Source: an uncultured delta proteobacterium | GTDB lineage: Bacteria; Desulfobacterota; Desulfobacteria; Desulfobacterales; QNYZ01 | Assembly: GCA_963783425.1 (NCBI GenBank) | Contig: CAWANO010000004.1 | Coordinates: forward strand, 6,969-70,968 | Reading direction: 5' to 3' | DNA: 64,000 bases | Notes under the pieces: model-generated | Databases searched by the model: none | Seen by the model: the letters and a program-made list of their open reading frames with translations, nothing else | Told to the model about the DNA's origin: nothing | Program-made: the position numbers and the translations under genes | Shown here: one piece after another, positions 48,904-58,444 of the stretch | Layout of the letters: each line of letters begins with the position of its first letter | Numbering within the stretch: position 1 is the first letter of the stretch

Positions 48904-50484
48904 ATGAAGGTTACTTTTCACGGTGCCACCCGGCAGGTTACCGGATCGATGCACATGCTCGACACGGGCCAGGACCGGCTGATGCTCGACTGCGGCCTGT
49001 TTCAGGGGCGGCGTAAGGAGAGTGCCGAGCACAACCAAGTGATGCCCGTCGATCTTGAGCGCGTAACCAACATCATCTTGTCGCATGCCCATATCGATCA
49101 CTCGGGGCGCATTCCCATGACGGTCAAACAGGGCTTTAACGGGCGGGTGATCTGCACGCGGCCCACGGCTGATGCCTGTGACTTTCTGCTGCCCGATTCA
49201 GCGCGCATCCAGGAGTCCGACGCCCTCTACCTCAACTACAAAATTGTGCGCACCGCCCTGGTGAAGGTGAAAGCGGAGGCATCGGGTCGCCACCTGACCA
49301 ACCGTGACGTCAAGGAGATCAAGGCTGTTTTGAAAAAGGGCCGCCACGAACTCGATTTCGAGTCCATCCAGGGGTTGATCGACCAATACCGGCTCGAAGG
49401 CGTGACTCCGCTCTACACCGCCGAGGATGCCGAGCAAGCCCTGTCACTTTTTCGCAGTCAGCCCTACCGGCATCCAGTGACCGTGGGCCACGGCGCCACC
49501 TGCACCTTTTACGATGCCGGCCACATCATCGGATCGGCCGTGTCGATTCTGCGGTTCACCCACAACGGGCGTGCGCTCAGTGTTGGCTTCAGCGGTGATC
49601 TGGGGCGCTACGACACGCCCATCATCCGAAATCCCGCGGCTGATTTCGCCGAAGCGGACCGGGATCTGGATCTGCTGATCATGGAGAGCACCTACGGTGA
49701 CCGACTGCACGAACCCGTAGCCGACATGCAGCCAGCCTTGAAGAAAGTGATCACCGGGACGCTGGATCGGGGCGGGTGCGTGATTGTGCCGGCGTTTGCT
49801 TTCGGTCGAACCCAGGAGTTGCTCTATCACCTGCACGAGCTTTACGACAAGGGCGAGGTGCCGCGCATTCCCGTCTATGTCGACAGCCCGCTGGCCACCC
49901 GGTTGACGCGGGTTTACGGCGAGCATCCCGAGGTTTACGACAAGGATACGCACGCCATGTTTCTCAACAACGGTAAAAACCCCTTCTCATTCAAGCAGGT
50001 TCATTTCATCAAATCGGTGGAGGAGTCTATCGCCCTCAACAAGAACGAGCAGCCCCACATAGTGATCTCCGCATCGGGGATGTGTGAAGGCGGCCGCATC
50101 CTACACCACCTACGCCATAAGATTCACAATCCCAAACACACCATTCTGATTGTGGGTTTCATGGCTCAAAACACGCTGGGCAGACGGATTTTGGACGAGG
50201 GCATGGCCTATGCCGAACGGGGCAGGGAGGGTGAAGCGCCGGTGGTGCGCTTTTTCAACAAGGAGTATCCGCTCAAGGCCCATGTGACCAGGTTGGGCGG
50301 CTTCAGCGCCCATGCAGACCGGGATGAACTGCTGCGATTTCTGAAAAGCGGCAACCTGCGGCCTAAAAAGATCGCCGTGGTGCACGGCGAGGAGGATCAG
50401 TCGCTCAAATTTGCCGACACCCTGCACGCCGAGGGATACGACGCCTTCGTTCCCCATCCGGGGGAGTCATTCAAGTTGGCGTAG
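48904..50484 (+). CDS. MBL-fold beta-CASP family hydrolase (RNA-metabolising type)
   Basis: Intact. MKVTFHGATRQVTGSMHMLD..., metallo-beta-lactamase motif SHAHIDHSGR, ESTYGDR, and a C-terminal GFSAHADRDELL. Confidence 0.75.
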   Translation: MKVTFHGATRQVTGSMHMLDTGQDRLMLDCGLFQGRRKESAEHNQVMPVDLERVTNIILSHAHIDHSGRIPMTVKQGFNGRVICTRPTADACDFLLPDSARIQESDALYLNYKIVRTALVKVKAEASGRHLTNRDVKEIKAVLKKGRHELDFESIQGLIDQYRLEGVTPLYTAEDAEQALSLFRSQPYRHPVTVGHGATCTFYDAGHIIGSAVSILRFTHNGRALSVGFSGDLGRYDTPIIRNPAADFAEADRDLDLLIMESTYGDRLHEPVADMQPALKKVITGTLDRGGCVIVPAFAFGRTQELLYHLHELYDKGEVPRIPVYVDSPLATRLTRVYGEHPEVYDKDTHAMFLNNGKNPFSFKQVHFIKSVEESIALNKNEQPHIVISASGMCEGGRILHHLRHKIHNPKHTILIVGFMAQNTLGRRILDEGMAYAERGREGEAPVVRFFNKEYPLKAHVTRLGGFSAHADRDELLRFLKSGNLRPKKIAVVHGEEDQSLKFADTLHAEGYDAFVPHPGESFKLA

Positions 50485-50549
50485 GTGAGCAACCGTCGCA
50501 GCCGGCGCTGGACTGGATTTGATCGGTGAGTATCTCTCTGAGGTGTGCG

Positions 50550-50723
50550 CTATTCGCTGACACTGTAGTAGCAGCGCTTGGGCGAGATCACCTTGCCATC
50601 TTTTTTCAGCTTGGCAATGGTCTTGGAGACCTCCTTGCTGTCCATCCCCAGCGTTTTGGCGAGGTCGCCCGGACGTACCGGTTTATCGGCCGCGCGCATG
50701 GCCTCGAGCACTTTCGCTTCCAT
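50550..50723 (-). CDS. Small winged-helix-like DNA-binding protein (57 aa), absent from the ORF track
   Basis: Manual minus-strand translation gives MEAKVLEAMRAADKPVRPGDLAKTLGMDSKEVSKTIAKLKKDGKVISPKRCYYSVSE. The codon usage looks like the surrounding genes. Confidence 0.5.
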   Translation of the reverse strand: MEAKVLEAMRAADKPVRPGDLAKTLGMDSKEVSKTIAKLKKDGKVISPKRCYYSVSE

Positions 50724-50858
50724 CTCTATCTCCTTGTTGCGATGTTGTCGGTTGGCATTTTGGACGATTAAGGTTTGCGGTATGCCATCATAATAAGCGC
50801 TCTATCGTTAAGTGCAAGGTGGCTGGGGCAATGCCACGATAGAGAGGCGTCTGCCGCC

Positions 50859-53081
50859 TCAATTCAAAAGACGTTCCAGCCGGCGTTGTAGCAGGCTGTA
50901 GCGTTGCCGCACCTTGTTGTTCTTCACCGCCATGGCCAAGGCTTTGCGCGACCCCACCAGCACCACCAATTTTTGCCCCCGCGTTACCGCGGTGTAGAGC
51001 AGGTTGCGCTGCAGCAGCATGTAGTGCTGGGTCAGTAGCGGCATAACCACCGCCGGGTACTCGCGAACCCTGGGATTTGTGCACCGAGATGGCGTAGGCC
51101 AGCACGATCTCGTCGAGCTCGGTTGAATTCGTAGACCACCGGACGACCGTCGAAGTTGATGGTGGCTTCCTGCCTCACGGCGTCAAATTTCACGATGGTG
51201 CCCGATGTCGCCGTTGAACACCTCCTTGTCGTAGTTGTTGCGGATCTGCATCACCTTGTCGCCGTTCTCAGAAGGCGGCCCCCGCGCTCCAGCTGTGTTT
51301 CACTGCGGGTTCAGCACCCCCTGGAGCACATCGTTGAGGTTTTCGGCCCCGGCCAGGCCGCGGTGCATGGGCGTAAGCACCTGGATGTCGCGCTTGGAGT
51401 GAAAGCCGAAAAGGCGTGGGATGTGGTCGCTGACAAGCGCCACGATAAATTCCAGGGCAGCCTCGGGAGTCTCCCGATCGCGGAAGTAGAAATCGGTGCG
51501 CTGGCTGCTGGGCGCGATTTCGGGCATGTCGCCCCGGCAGATGCGGTGAGCGTTGACGACGATGCGGCTCTCGCGGGACTGGCGAAAGATCTCGGTCAGA
51601 TGAACCACGGCAAAGCGGTGTGAGGCGATGATATCGGCCAGCACATTGCCGGGGCCCACCGAAGGCAGTTGATTGATATCACCCATTAGAATCAGGGCCG
51701 CGTCGGGCGGCACGGCCTGCAGCAGGTGGTGCATCAGGGCCGTGTCGATCATGGAGGCTTCATCGACAATCACCATTTGTGAGCCGAGCGGCCGCTGGGC
51801 GTTTCGTTGAAAGCCACCCTGGTGGAAACGAAACTCCAGCAGGCGGTGCAGGGTCTTGGCATCGTGGCCGGTGGCTTCCTGCATGCGCTTGGCGGCCCGT
51901 CCGGTGGGCGCGGCAAGGCTGGTTTTAAGCTGAAGTTGCCGGCAGATGGCGATGATCGTATTGATGATGGTGGTTTTGCCGGTACCGGGACCGCCCGTTA
52001 TCACCACCACATTGTGCTTAAACGCGCTGCCAACGGCATCGATCTGGGCCGGCGCAAGAGAGCGCGCGCTGCGTTGTTGGGCCTGCTCAACCAGGCGATC
52101 GATCTCCGCGGCGCCTCCGGGTGAGGGGTGCTTTTTCAGCGCCGCCAATTTTTTCGCGACGTGCTGTTCGCACTGATGAAGATTGGATAGGAAGACCGCC
52201 TCGGGCAGCGCTTCAGACGCCGGTGGCGCTGCAGTCTCCAGCGGTTCGATCACGACCTTGCGTGACAATGCCAGCTGCGTGAGGGCCTCGCCAACGGTGG
52301 CGACGGGCATCTCCAGAATCTCGGCGCACTTCGCGATCAGCGCCGGGCGGGGAAAGTAGACATGCCCCTTTTCGGCCAGTTGGCCCAGCACGAATAAAAT
52401 GCCCGACTCGGCCCGCAAGGGGTGGTCGCTCTTAAAACCCAGCTTGCCGGCGATCTGGTCAGCCGTGGCGAAGCCGATGCCGGTGATCTCCGAGGCCAGG
52501 CGGTAGGGGTTCTCCTTGACCGCGGCGATGGCCCGCTCCTTGTAATGGTCATGAATTTTTAGCGCGTAGGCGGTGCCGATGCCGTGGGACTGCAAAAAGA
52601 GCAGGGTCTGGCGGGCGTGCTGTTGCTCCTTCCAGGCGGCCTGAATCACCGCCAGCCGCTTGTCGCCGATGCCCGGAACCGCGCGCAGTTTTTCAGGATC
52701 CTTTTCGATCACGGCCAGGGTGTCGGGACCGAAATGGTCAACGATGCGCTCGGCCATCTTGGGCCCGATGCCCCGAATCAGTCCGGCCCCCAGGTAGCGG
52801 CGAACGCCGGCCAGGGTGGTAGGCGCCACGGTTTCGTAACGGCTGAGCTGAAATTGCCGGCCATATTTGGGGTGGCTGACCCATTGCCCCTCGGCCCGCA
52901 GGGTTTCGCCCACCTGGGGCGCTGGAAAGCTGCCCACCACCACCACCGGATCGTAACGACCCTCAACCTGAACCATGGCCACGGTGTAACCGCTCTCTTC
53001 GCTTTGGAAAGTGATGCGCTCGACAACGCCCGTAAGCGATTCAAGCGGGGTGTTGGGATGGCCTGGAGATTGGTTTGGCAT
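50859..53081 (-). CDS. recD2: RecD2-type ATP-dependent DNA helicase, apparent frameshifts between 51050 and 51300
   Basis: 51300-53081 carries Walker A VITGGPGTGKTT, IVDEASMID and HhH-like repeats. The C-terminal piece 50859-51050 (LLYTAVTRGQKLVVLVGSRKAL) is the conserved helicase end. Confidence 0.8.
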
Positions 53082-53124
53082 GATTTTCAGAAGGCCGTCG
53101 CCCTGGATGAACGCTTGGATGTCT

Positions 53125-54138
53125 TCAATATTGCCAGAAAAGAATGACGCCCATCAGCAGCATCAAAACCGCAATCCATATGATGAGCGCATTGCGGGTG
53201 GCTTTTTGGGCGCGGTCGCTCTCCCACCACATGCGCGGACTGATGCCCTGGATCAAAAAGGTGGCCAACCCGGCGATGTTGACGCAAATTACGTTGGTGC
53301 CAAAGAGCACGAAAGCCGCCATGGCCTCGGGATAGAAACCGGCGCCGAGCAGCAAACCGCAGGCGGTAAGGGGCGGCAGCAGTGCCACGGCCACCATTAC
53401 GCCGATGACCACGGCGGATATGCCGGTGGTAAAGGCCAACACGCCGGCGCAGCCCGAGGCCAGGGCCAGAATGACATCCGACAGTCCGGCCTGGGTGCGG
53501 TTGGCGATCTCCGGCGTGCGCGGATCGACATCGAGCATCCATCCCATGCTGATCGACAGCACCATGGCGATGACCATGCCGGCCAAAAGGGTTTTCAGGG
53601 CGTCGCTCCCCAACTTCCAGTCGGCCAGACAGGTGGCCAGGGCCAGGGCTACGTTGGGGCCCAGCAGGGGTGCAATCACCATGGCGCCGATGATCACGGC
53701 CACGTTGGAGTGCACCAGTCCGATGGCGGCGACGATGGCGGCAAGAATCAACATGGCCACAAAGACGCCCGACAGCTTGGCGTTGTCAACCAGGTCGGCC
53801 TGAAGCTCCTCGCGGCTGATACGGGCGCCGATGCGCAGATTGATACGCTTCTTGTCGGGCTTTTCCGGCTCGGGCGGCGGTTTCGGCACTTCGGGCCGCG
53901 GCAAGGAGGCCTCCACGGGCAGCAGGATCAGGCGAAAGCCCTTGGTGAGCGAAAAGGAGCGCTGAAAGATGTCCATGATGCGCTCGCTTTGATCCATGTC
54001 GGTTAGTACGCTGAGCACGAAATGCCCATCGGCTGACTCCTCCTGCCAATAGGTCAGCTCTTGCTCTTTTTCCATCAGGGCGATGGCTTCCTTACCCTGG
54101 CTCTGGGGCAAAACAATGGTGATCAGGCGTTCGGGCAT
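53125..54138 (-). CDS. DUF389 / TIGR00341-family membrane protein
   Basis: Intact 337 aa. It has an N-terminal soluble domain and then repeated glycine-rich TM helices (VIIGAMVIAPLLGP..., VVIGVMVAVALLPPL...). Confidence 0.7.
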   Translation of the reverse strand: MPERLITIVLPQSQGKEAIALMEKEQELTYWQEESADGHFVLSVLTDMDQSERIMDIFQRSFSLTKGFRLILLPVEASLPRPEVPKPPPEPEKPDKKRINLRIGARISREELQADLVDNAKLSGVFVAMLILAAIVAAIGLVHSNVAVIIGAMVIAPLLGPNVALALATCLADWKLGSDALKTLLAGMVIAMVLSISMGWMLDVDPRTPEIANRTQAGLSDVILALASGCAGVLAFTTGISAVVIGVMVAVALLPPLTACGLLLGAGFYPEAMAAFVLFGTNVICVNIAGLATFLIQGISPRMWWESDRAQKATRNALIIWIAVLMLLMGVILFWQY

Positions 54139-54522
54139 TGGCTTTGTGTGCCAGGCTGGTAGTGGCCACGATGGTGTCGGGGTTGCGGTGGCTTGCCGCC
54201 GGTTATGATCGTGGTTAGCATATCGGCGTTGACGCTATGAAGATAAAGTCGCGTGTCATGATCTTTAATTCACTTGTTGTTCCCGACGGTTGGACGAAAC
54301 CGCTTCGCGGTAGTTTTCTGTTCAATAAACTTACTCTATAGCCCTTGCTGACCGCCTTGAGCGATGAAGCATGATTGATAATAATGAATCGCTTCGCTCT
54401 GCCTTCCATAAAAAGCCAATAGAATCCCACCGCTAATAAATCAACCCTCCACTATTTCGGTCTATTGCTGATCGTATAAAATACCTCCGTGTTTTTTTAA
54501 CCCCAAAGCAAGGAGGTATGAA

Positions 54523-55404
54523 GTGACTAAGTTGCGTGAAAAAATGATCAGGGCAATGGACTTGAAGAACCTCTCGGATCACACCAAACGCTCTTACCTG
54601 GGAGCGGTCACCGCACTGGCCAAGCACTATCGGCAATCTCCGGAAACAATCTCCGATAAAATGATCGACGATTACCTGCTCTATCTGAAAAACGAAAAAG
54701 GCAATGCGCCCGCTACTTGCTGCAGCGCTTTAAACGCACTTCGCTTTTTCTACACCCACGTGCTCGACAAGCAGATATCAGTTGATTTCAGCCTCTCAAA
54801 AAAGCCCCGCAGACTGCCCACCGTGCTCACCAAAGAGCAGATCTGGAAGATAATCTGCGCCCCGGCCAATCTAAAACACCGCCTTGTCCTGATGACCACC
54901 TATGCCGCTGGATTAAGAGCCGGTGAGGTGATGCGATTAAGGCCCGAGCATATTGACAGCAAACGCATGTTGATCAAAGTGGTCGACGGTAAAGGCCGCA
55001 AGGACCGCTACACCATGCTGTCACCAAAGCTTCTGGGCGAGCTGCGTGGCTATTATAAAAAGTGCCGCCCACAAACCTACCTGTTCCCATCGAATTATAA
55101 AAAGCACAACGATAAACCACTGTGCTACGAAACGGTGCGATCCATCTACGAAAAGGCCCGTAAAAAGGCCGGGATTAAAAACGGGCGGGGGCTGCACACG
55201 TTGCGTCACAGCTTCGCCACGCATCTGCTGGAAGCCGGTTACGATATCCGTAAAATACAAGTGTTGATGGGCCATGCGAGACTGACCACCACCATGATCT
55301 ACCTGCATGTGAGCCGCGAAACTCTGTCAAAAGTCCCCAGTCCCTTGGATCTTATTGACACTGAGCAGTCACACAGAAAGGACAGCCCCGATGGCCCAAA
55401 TTAA
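54523..55404 (+). CDS. Tyrosine recombinase (phage-integrase family) forming a pair with the IS91 transposase
   Basis: GTG start 6 nt after AGGAGG. Catalytic-region motifs are AGLRAGEVMRLRPEHID, LHTLRHSFATHLLEAGYDIRKIQVLMGHARLTTTMIYLHV. Confidence 0.85.
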   Translation: MTKLREKMIRAMDLKNLSDHTKRSYLGAVTALAKHYRQSPETISDKMIDDYLLYLKNEKGNAPATCCSALNALRFFYTHVLDKQISVDFSLSKKPRRLPTVLTKEQIWKIICAPANLKHRLVLMTTYAAGLRAGEVMRLRPEHIDSKRMLIKVVDGKGRKDRYTMLSPKLLGELRGYYKKCRPQTYLFPSNYKKHNDKPLCYETVRSIYEKARKKAGIKNGRGLHTLRHSFATHLLEAGYDIRKIQVLMGHARLTTTMIYLHVSRETLSKVPSPLDLIDTEQSHRKDSPDGPN

Positions 55405-56560
55405 ACAACACCGACTGGAGCTGGCCGTCGTTCTGAGAAAACATATCGCCGATTACCAAAACCAATACCCGCTGTGGCCCGAGCATCGCAAAATCGTATC
55501 TGACCTGCTAAACTGCCGCACCGTGCGTCTTGGCGGGCATATCGATCGGTGCAACCGCTGCGCCGCGCTGCGCATTGTCTATCATTCATGCCGCAATCGG
55601 CATTGTCCCAAATGCCAGCACATGCCGCGCGAACGATGGCTGGCGAAAAGAAAAGAAGAAATTCTATCGGCCAGCTACTTCCACGTCGTCTTTACCGTGC
55701 CCCATGAACTCAACGCTGCCATTTTAAACAATAAGAAAGTGATGCTCAATATCCTTTTTAAAGCCGCCTCCGCGACGCTTTTGACTTTCGGCGAAAATGA
55801 GCTCGGCGGTAAATTGGGCTTTATTGCGACCTTACATACCTGGGACCAGAAGCTCAACGCGCATTTTCATCTGCACTGCCTGGTGGCCGGCGGGGCGGTA
55901 TCTAAAGACGGTTCATCATGGATAGCTTGTAAAGGCGACTATCTTTTTAACATGCGGGCATTGTCTTTGGTTTTTCGCGGTAAGTTCATGGCGCTGATGA
56001 CCAATGCCAGCAAACGCGAGGATCTCAAGTTCGCCGCTGGCCAATACAAAAACCTTAAGGCCAGGCTGTATAAGAAAAATTGGATTGTCGATGTGCGCGA
56101 TCCGGTCAAAAGACCCGATCACGTTCTTGAATATATGGCGCGCTACACCCACCGGGTGGCCATTGCCAACAGCCGTATCACCGCCCTTAAAGACGCCATG
56201 GTGACCTTCAGCATTAAAAACCGAAAGAAAAATCGGACTCAACCGCTGACCATCACCGCCGTGGAGTTCATCCGGCGGTTTTTGCTCCACAGCCTACCGT
56301 CCGGTTTTGTCAGAATCCGGCATTACGGGTTTTTGGCCAATCGAAACCGATCGGCAAACATCAATGCCATCCGTAAATTGATGGGTTTGTCGGTACCGGC
56401 TGAAAAACCCATCGCTACGGCACAGCAGGTGATCCAGGAGCTGACCGGCACTGACATTACCGCCTGTCCATGCTGCCAGAAAGGTCGGATGGAATTGTAT
56501 CTGGAGATACCCAAAGTCTTGGCACGGCCACCCAACGCCCTTGCTTTTGGGGCCGCTTAG
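55391..56560 (+). CDS. tnpA: IS91-family (Y2 HUH, rolling-circle) transposase
   Basis: An N-terminal zinc-binding region (CNRCAALRIVYHSCRNRHCPKCQ), HFHLHCLV, and YMARYTHRVAIANSRI (tandem Tyr region). It overlaps the recombinase stop by 14 nt. Confidence 0.85.
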   Translation: MAQIKQHRLELAVVLRKHIADYQNQYPLWPEHRKIVSDLLNCRTVRLGGHIDRCNRCAALRIVYHSCRNRHCPKCQHMPRERWLAKRKEEILSASYFHVVFTVPHELNAAILNNKKVMLNILFKAASATLLTFGENELGGKLGFIATLHTWDQKLNAHFHLHCLVAGGAVSKDGSSWIACKGDYLFNMRALSLVFRGKFMALMTNASKREDLKFAAGQYKNLKARLYKKNWIVDVRDPVKRPDHVLEYMARYTHRVAIANSRITALKDAMVTFSIKNRKKNRTQPLTITAVEFIRRFLLHSLPSGFVRIRHYGFLANRNRSANINAIRKLMGLSVPAEKPIATAQQVIQELTGTDITACPCCQKGRMELYLEIPKVLARPPNALAFGAA

Positions 56561-57057
56561 GCGTCTTATCTGGTATTTGAATCGTTATTGTAGAAAACCA
56601 TAGGTGAATTACGCCCTAACTTGTCTGAAAGACTTTCAGTTGATGCAAAAATAGAGTGCAAATGGTGTTTTATGGCATCTAATCTCGTAAATAGTAATCC
56701 AACCCGCCTCTTATCAAAACCAGATCGTGGCATCTCGCCTGCAACTGGTCAAAAGCATCATGATTACAATACCCATATAAAAATATCATGCCAACACCGC
56801 CTCACCGCGGCTTCGCCCATCATCGTTTTATCAATCATCCCGCCCTTTAAAATCTCATCGTAAATTTTTCCCGCGACCAAACTGGAAAACCAATATCCTC
56901 AGTATTATGCTGCTGCGGGACAATAGATAAAACGCTTATTAGATATCACAGGTCGGGGACGCTTTCAAGCGAGCATGGATAACCCGCCCGGGGGGTGAGG
57001 GCGTCAAATGGATCGATTGGTAACCCCGACACCAAAATTATATTAAGGAGGAATGGC

Positions 57058-57531
57058 ATGACTGAAAAACCAGAAGCCGGCGATATCGCGCCGGCGTTTG
57101 AACTCAGTGACCAGGACGGTAAGACAGTGAAGCTGTCCGATTTCAAGGGCCAGCGGGTGGTGCTCTTTTTTTACCCCAAAGACAACACTTCGGGCTGAAC
57201 GTTGGAAGCCAAGGCTTTCAGCGCTCAGTTGAGCGAATTCGACAAACTGGATGCGGTGGTGCTGGGGGTGAGTCCCGACTCTAAGGCCTCGCACGTGCAC
57301 TTTATCGAACAACAGGATCTCAAGGTGCGCCTGCTCAGCGATCCTTGGCACGCGGCCATGGAGGTCTACGGTGTGTGGCAGCTGAAAAAGATGTACGGCC
57401 GGGAGTTCATGGGCGTGGTGCGCAGTACCTTTATCATCGACCGCAAGGGAAAGGTGACCGAGGTCTGGCGCAAGGTGACGGTGAAGGGGCACGTGGACGA
57501 GGTGCTCGAGCGCCTGAAAGAAGCCCGCTGA
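57058..57531 (+). CDS. bcp: Bcp-type peroxiredoxin with in-frame TGA (57196-57198) at the peroxidatic Cys position: candidate selenoprotein
   Basis: [87 protein letters not shown]... Track ORFs 56995-57198 and 57202-57531 are in the same frame. The TGA replaces the Cys of the PxDxTxxC motif, and there is no Cys codon anywhere else in the frame. Confidence 0.7.
57222..57235 (+). promoter_or_regulatory. Small hairpin cgctc-aguu-gagcg 23 nt downstream of the in-frame UGA (candidate SECIS apex)
   Basis: A 5-bp stem with a 4-nt loop containing GU. The loop lies about 29-32 nt after the UGA, inside the spacing range reported for bacterial SECIS elements. I could not fold a convincing extended stem by eye. 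Confidence 0.3.
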
Positions 57532-57819
57532 TAAGGAAAAAGTTTCGCCCAGTGGAAGCACACGGGGTGAATCAACAACCAAAATGACGCCTGACGGCCA
57601 GTTCTAATTTGGCCGTTGATCTTGTCAATGCGATAGTTCAACCGATGCCAAACCTGTTTTTCCCACTGCGCATGGTTCACTCTCCGTAGGCCTAGAAGAT
57701 CATATCGGACAGATAAATAACCCTGATCTCCTTAGCTATAGCGTGCGGGTGTGTGGCGGTGAGATCCTGCGTCATCATGCCCACATAGGGGCTGCCGCGA
57801 AGCATTATCGATGTAGCGT

Positions 57820-58444
57820 TAGTAATGATCTAAACCCTCCACCTCTGGTGGAGGACCCGGATAGGTTCTACCGATCCGGTGAGAAATAAAATAGGCTCAT
57901 TCTCCAAAGCCCCAACGGAGCCCAAAGGAGAATGAACCTATGCACGATTGGACGAGTTTATCGCACGTGCGATGGGATTGTAAATACCATGTGGTATTTG
58001 TTCCCAAGTATCGCCAAAAGAGATTATACGGCAAATTTCGGCGTAAAGTCGGTGACATATTCAAAGACCTATGTCGCCAAAAGGATATTGAACTGTTGGA
58101 AGGGCACTTGATGTCTGACCATGTGCACATGTGTTTGAGAGTGCCGCCGAAGTTCAGTATCGCGTTTGTAGTCGGATTCATAAAGGGTAAAAGCGCGGTG
58201 TTGATCCACCGTAAGATATTATCAACACGTCGCGTAAGCGGATTGCATTTCTGGGCCAGAGGTTATTGTGTGAGCACCGTCGGTTTGGATGAAAAGACCA
58301 TCCGCCAGTACATACGCGACCAAGAAAAGAGTGAAAAAGCACAGCTGGAATTAGATTTTAGCTAACTCGGATATCCGTTGGGGCTTTTTCCAGCCCCCCT
58401 CGGGGGGGCCACCTGATGCCTCCCGCTATGCGGGAGGAGAATCA
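57820..58444 (+). mobile_element. IS200-type (IS200/IS605 family) element; boundaries approximate
   Basis: The left-end hairpin is cctccacc-tct-ggtggagg (57836-57854) and the right-end hairpin is cctcccg-ctatg-cgggagg (57419+1000: 58419-58437). Both are CCTCC...GGAGG and they flank a Y1 transposase gene. A second hairpin ccggat..atccgg lies at 57857-57878. Confidence 0.7.
57940..58365 (+). CDS. tnpA: IS200/IS605-family Y1 (HUH) transposase TnpA
   Basis: Intact 141 aa: HVRWDCKYHVVFVPKYRQK...LLEGHLMSDHVHMCLRVPP...WARGYCVSTVG. Confidence 0.9.
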   Translation: MHDWTSLSHVRWDCKYHVVFVPKYRQKRLYGKFRRKVGDIFKDLCRQKDIELLEGHLMSDHVHMCLRVPPKFSIAFVVGFIKGKSAVLIHRKILSTRRVSGLHFWARGYCVSTVGLDEKTIRQYIRDQEKSEKAQLELDFS

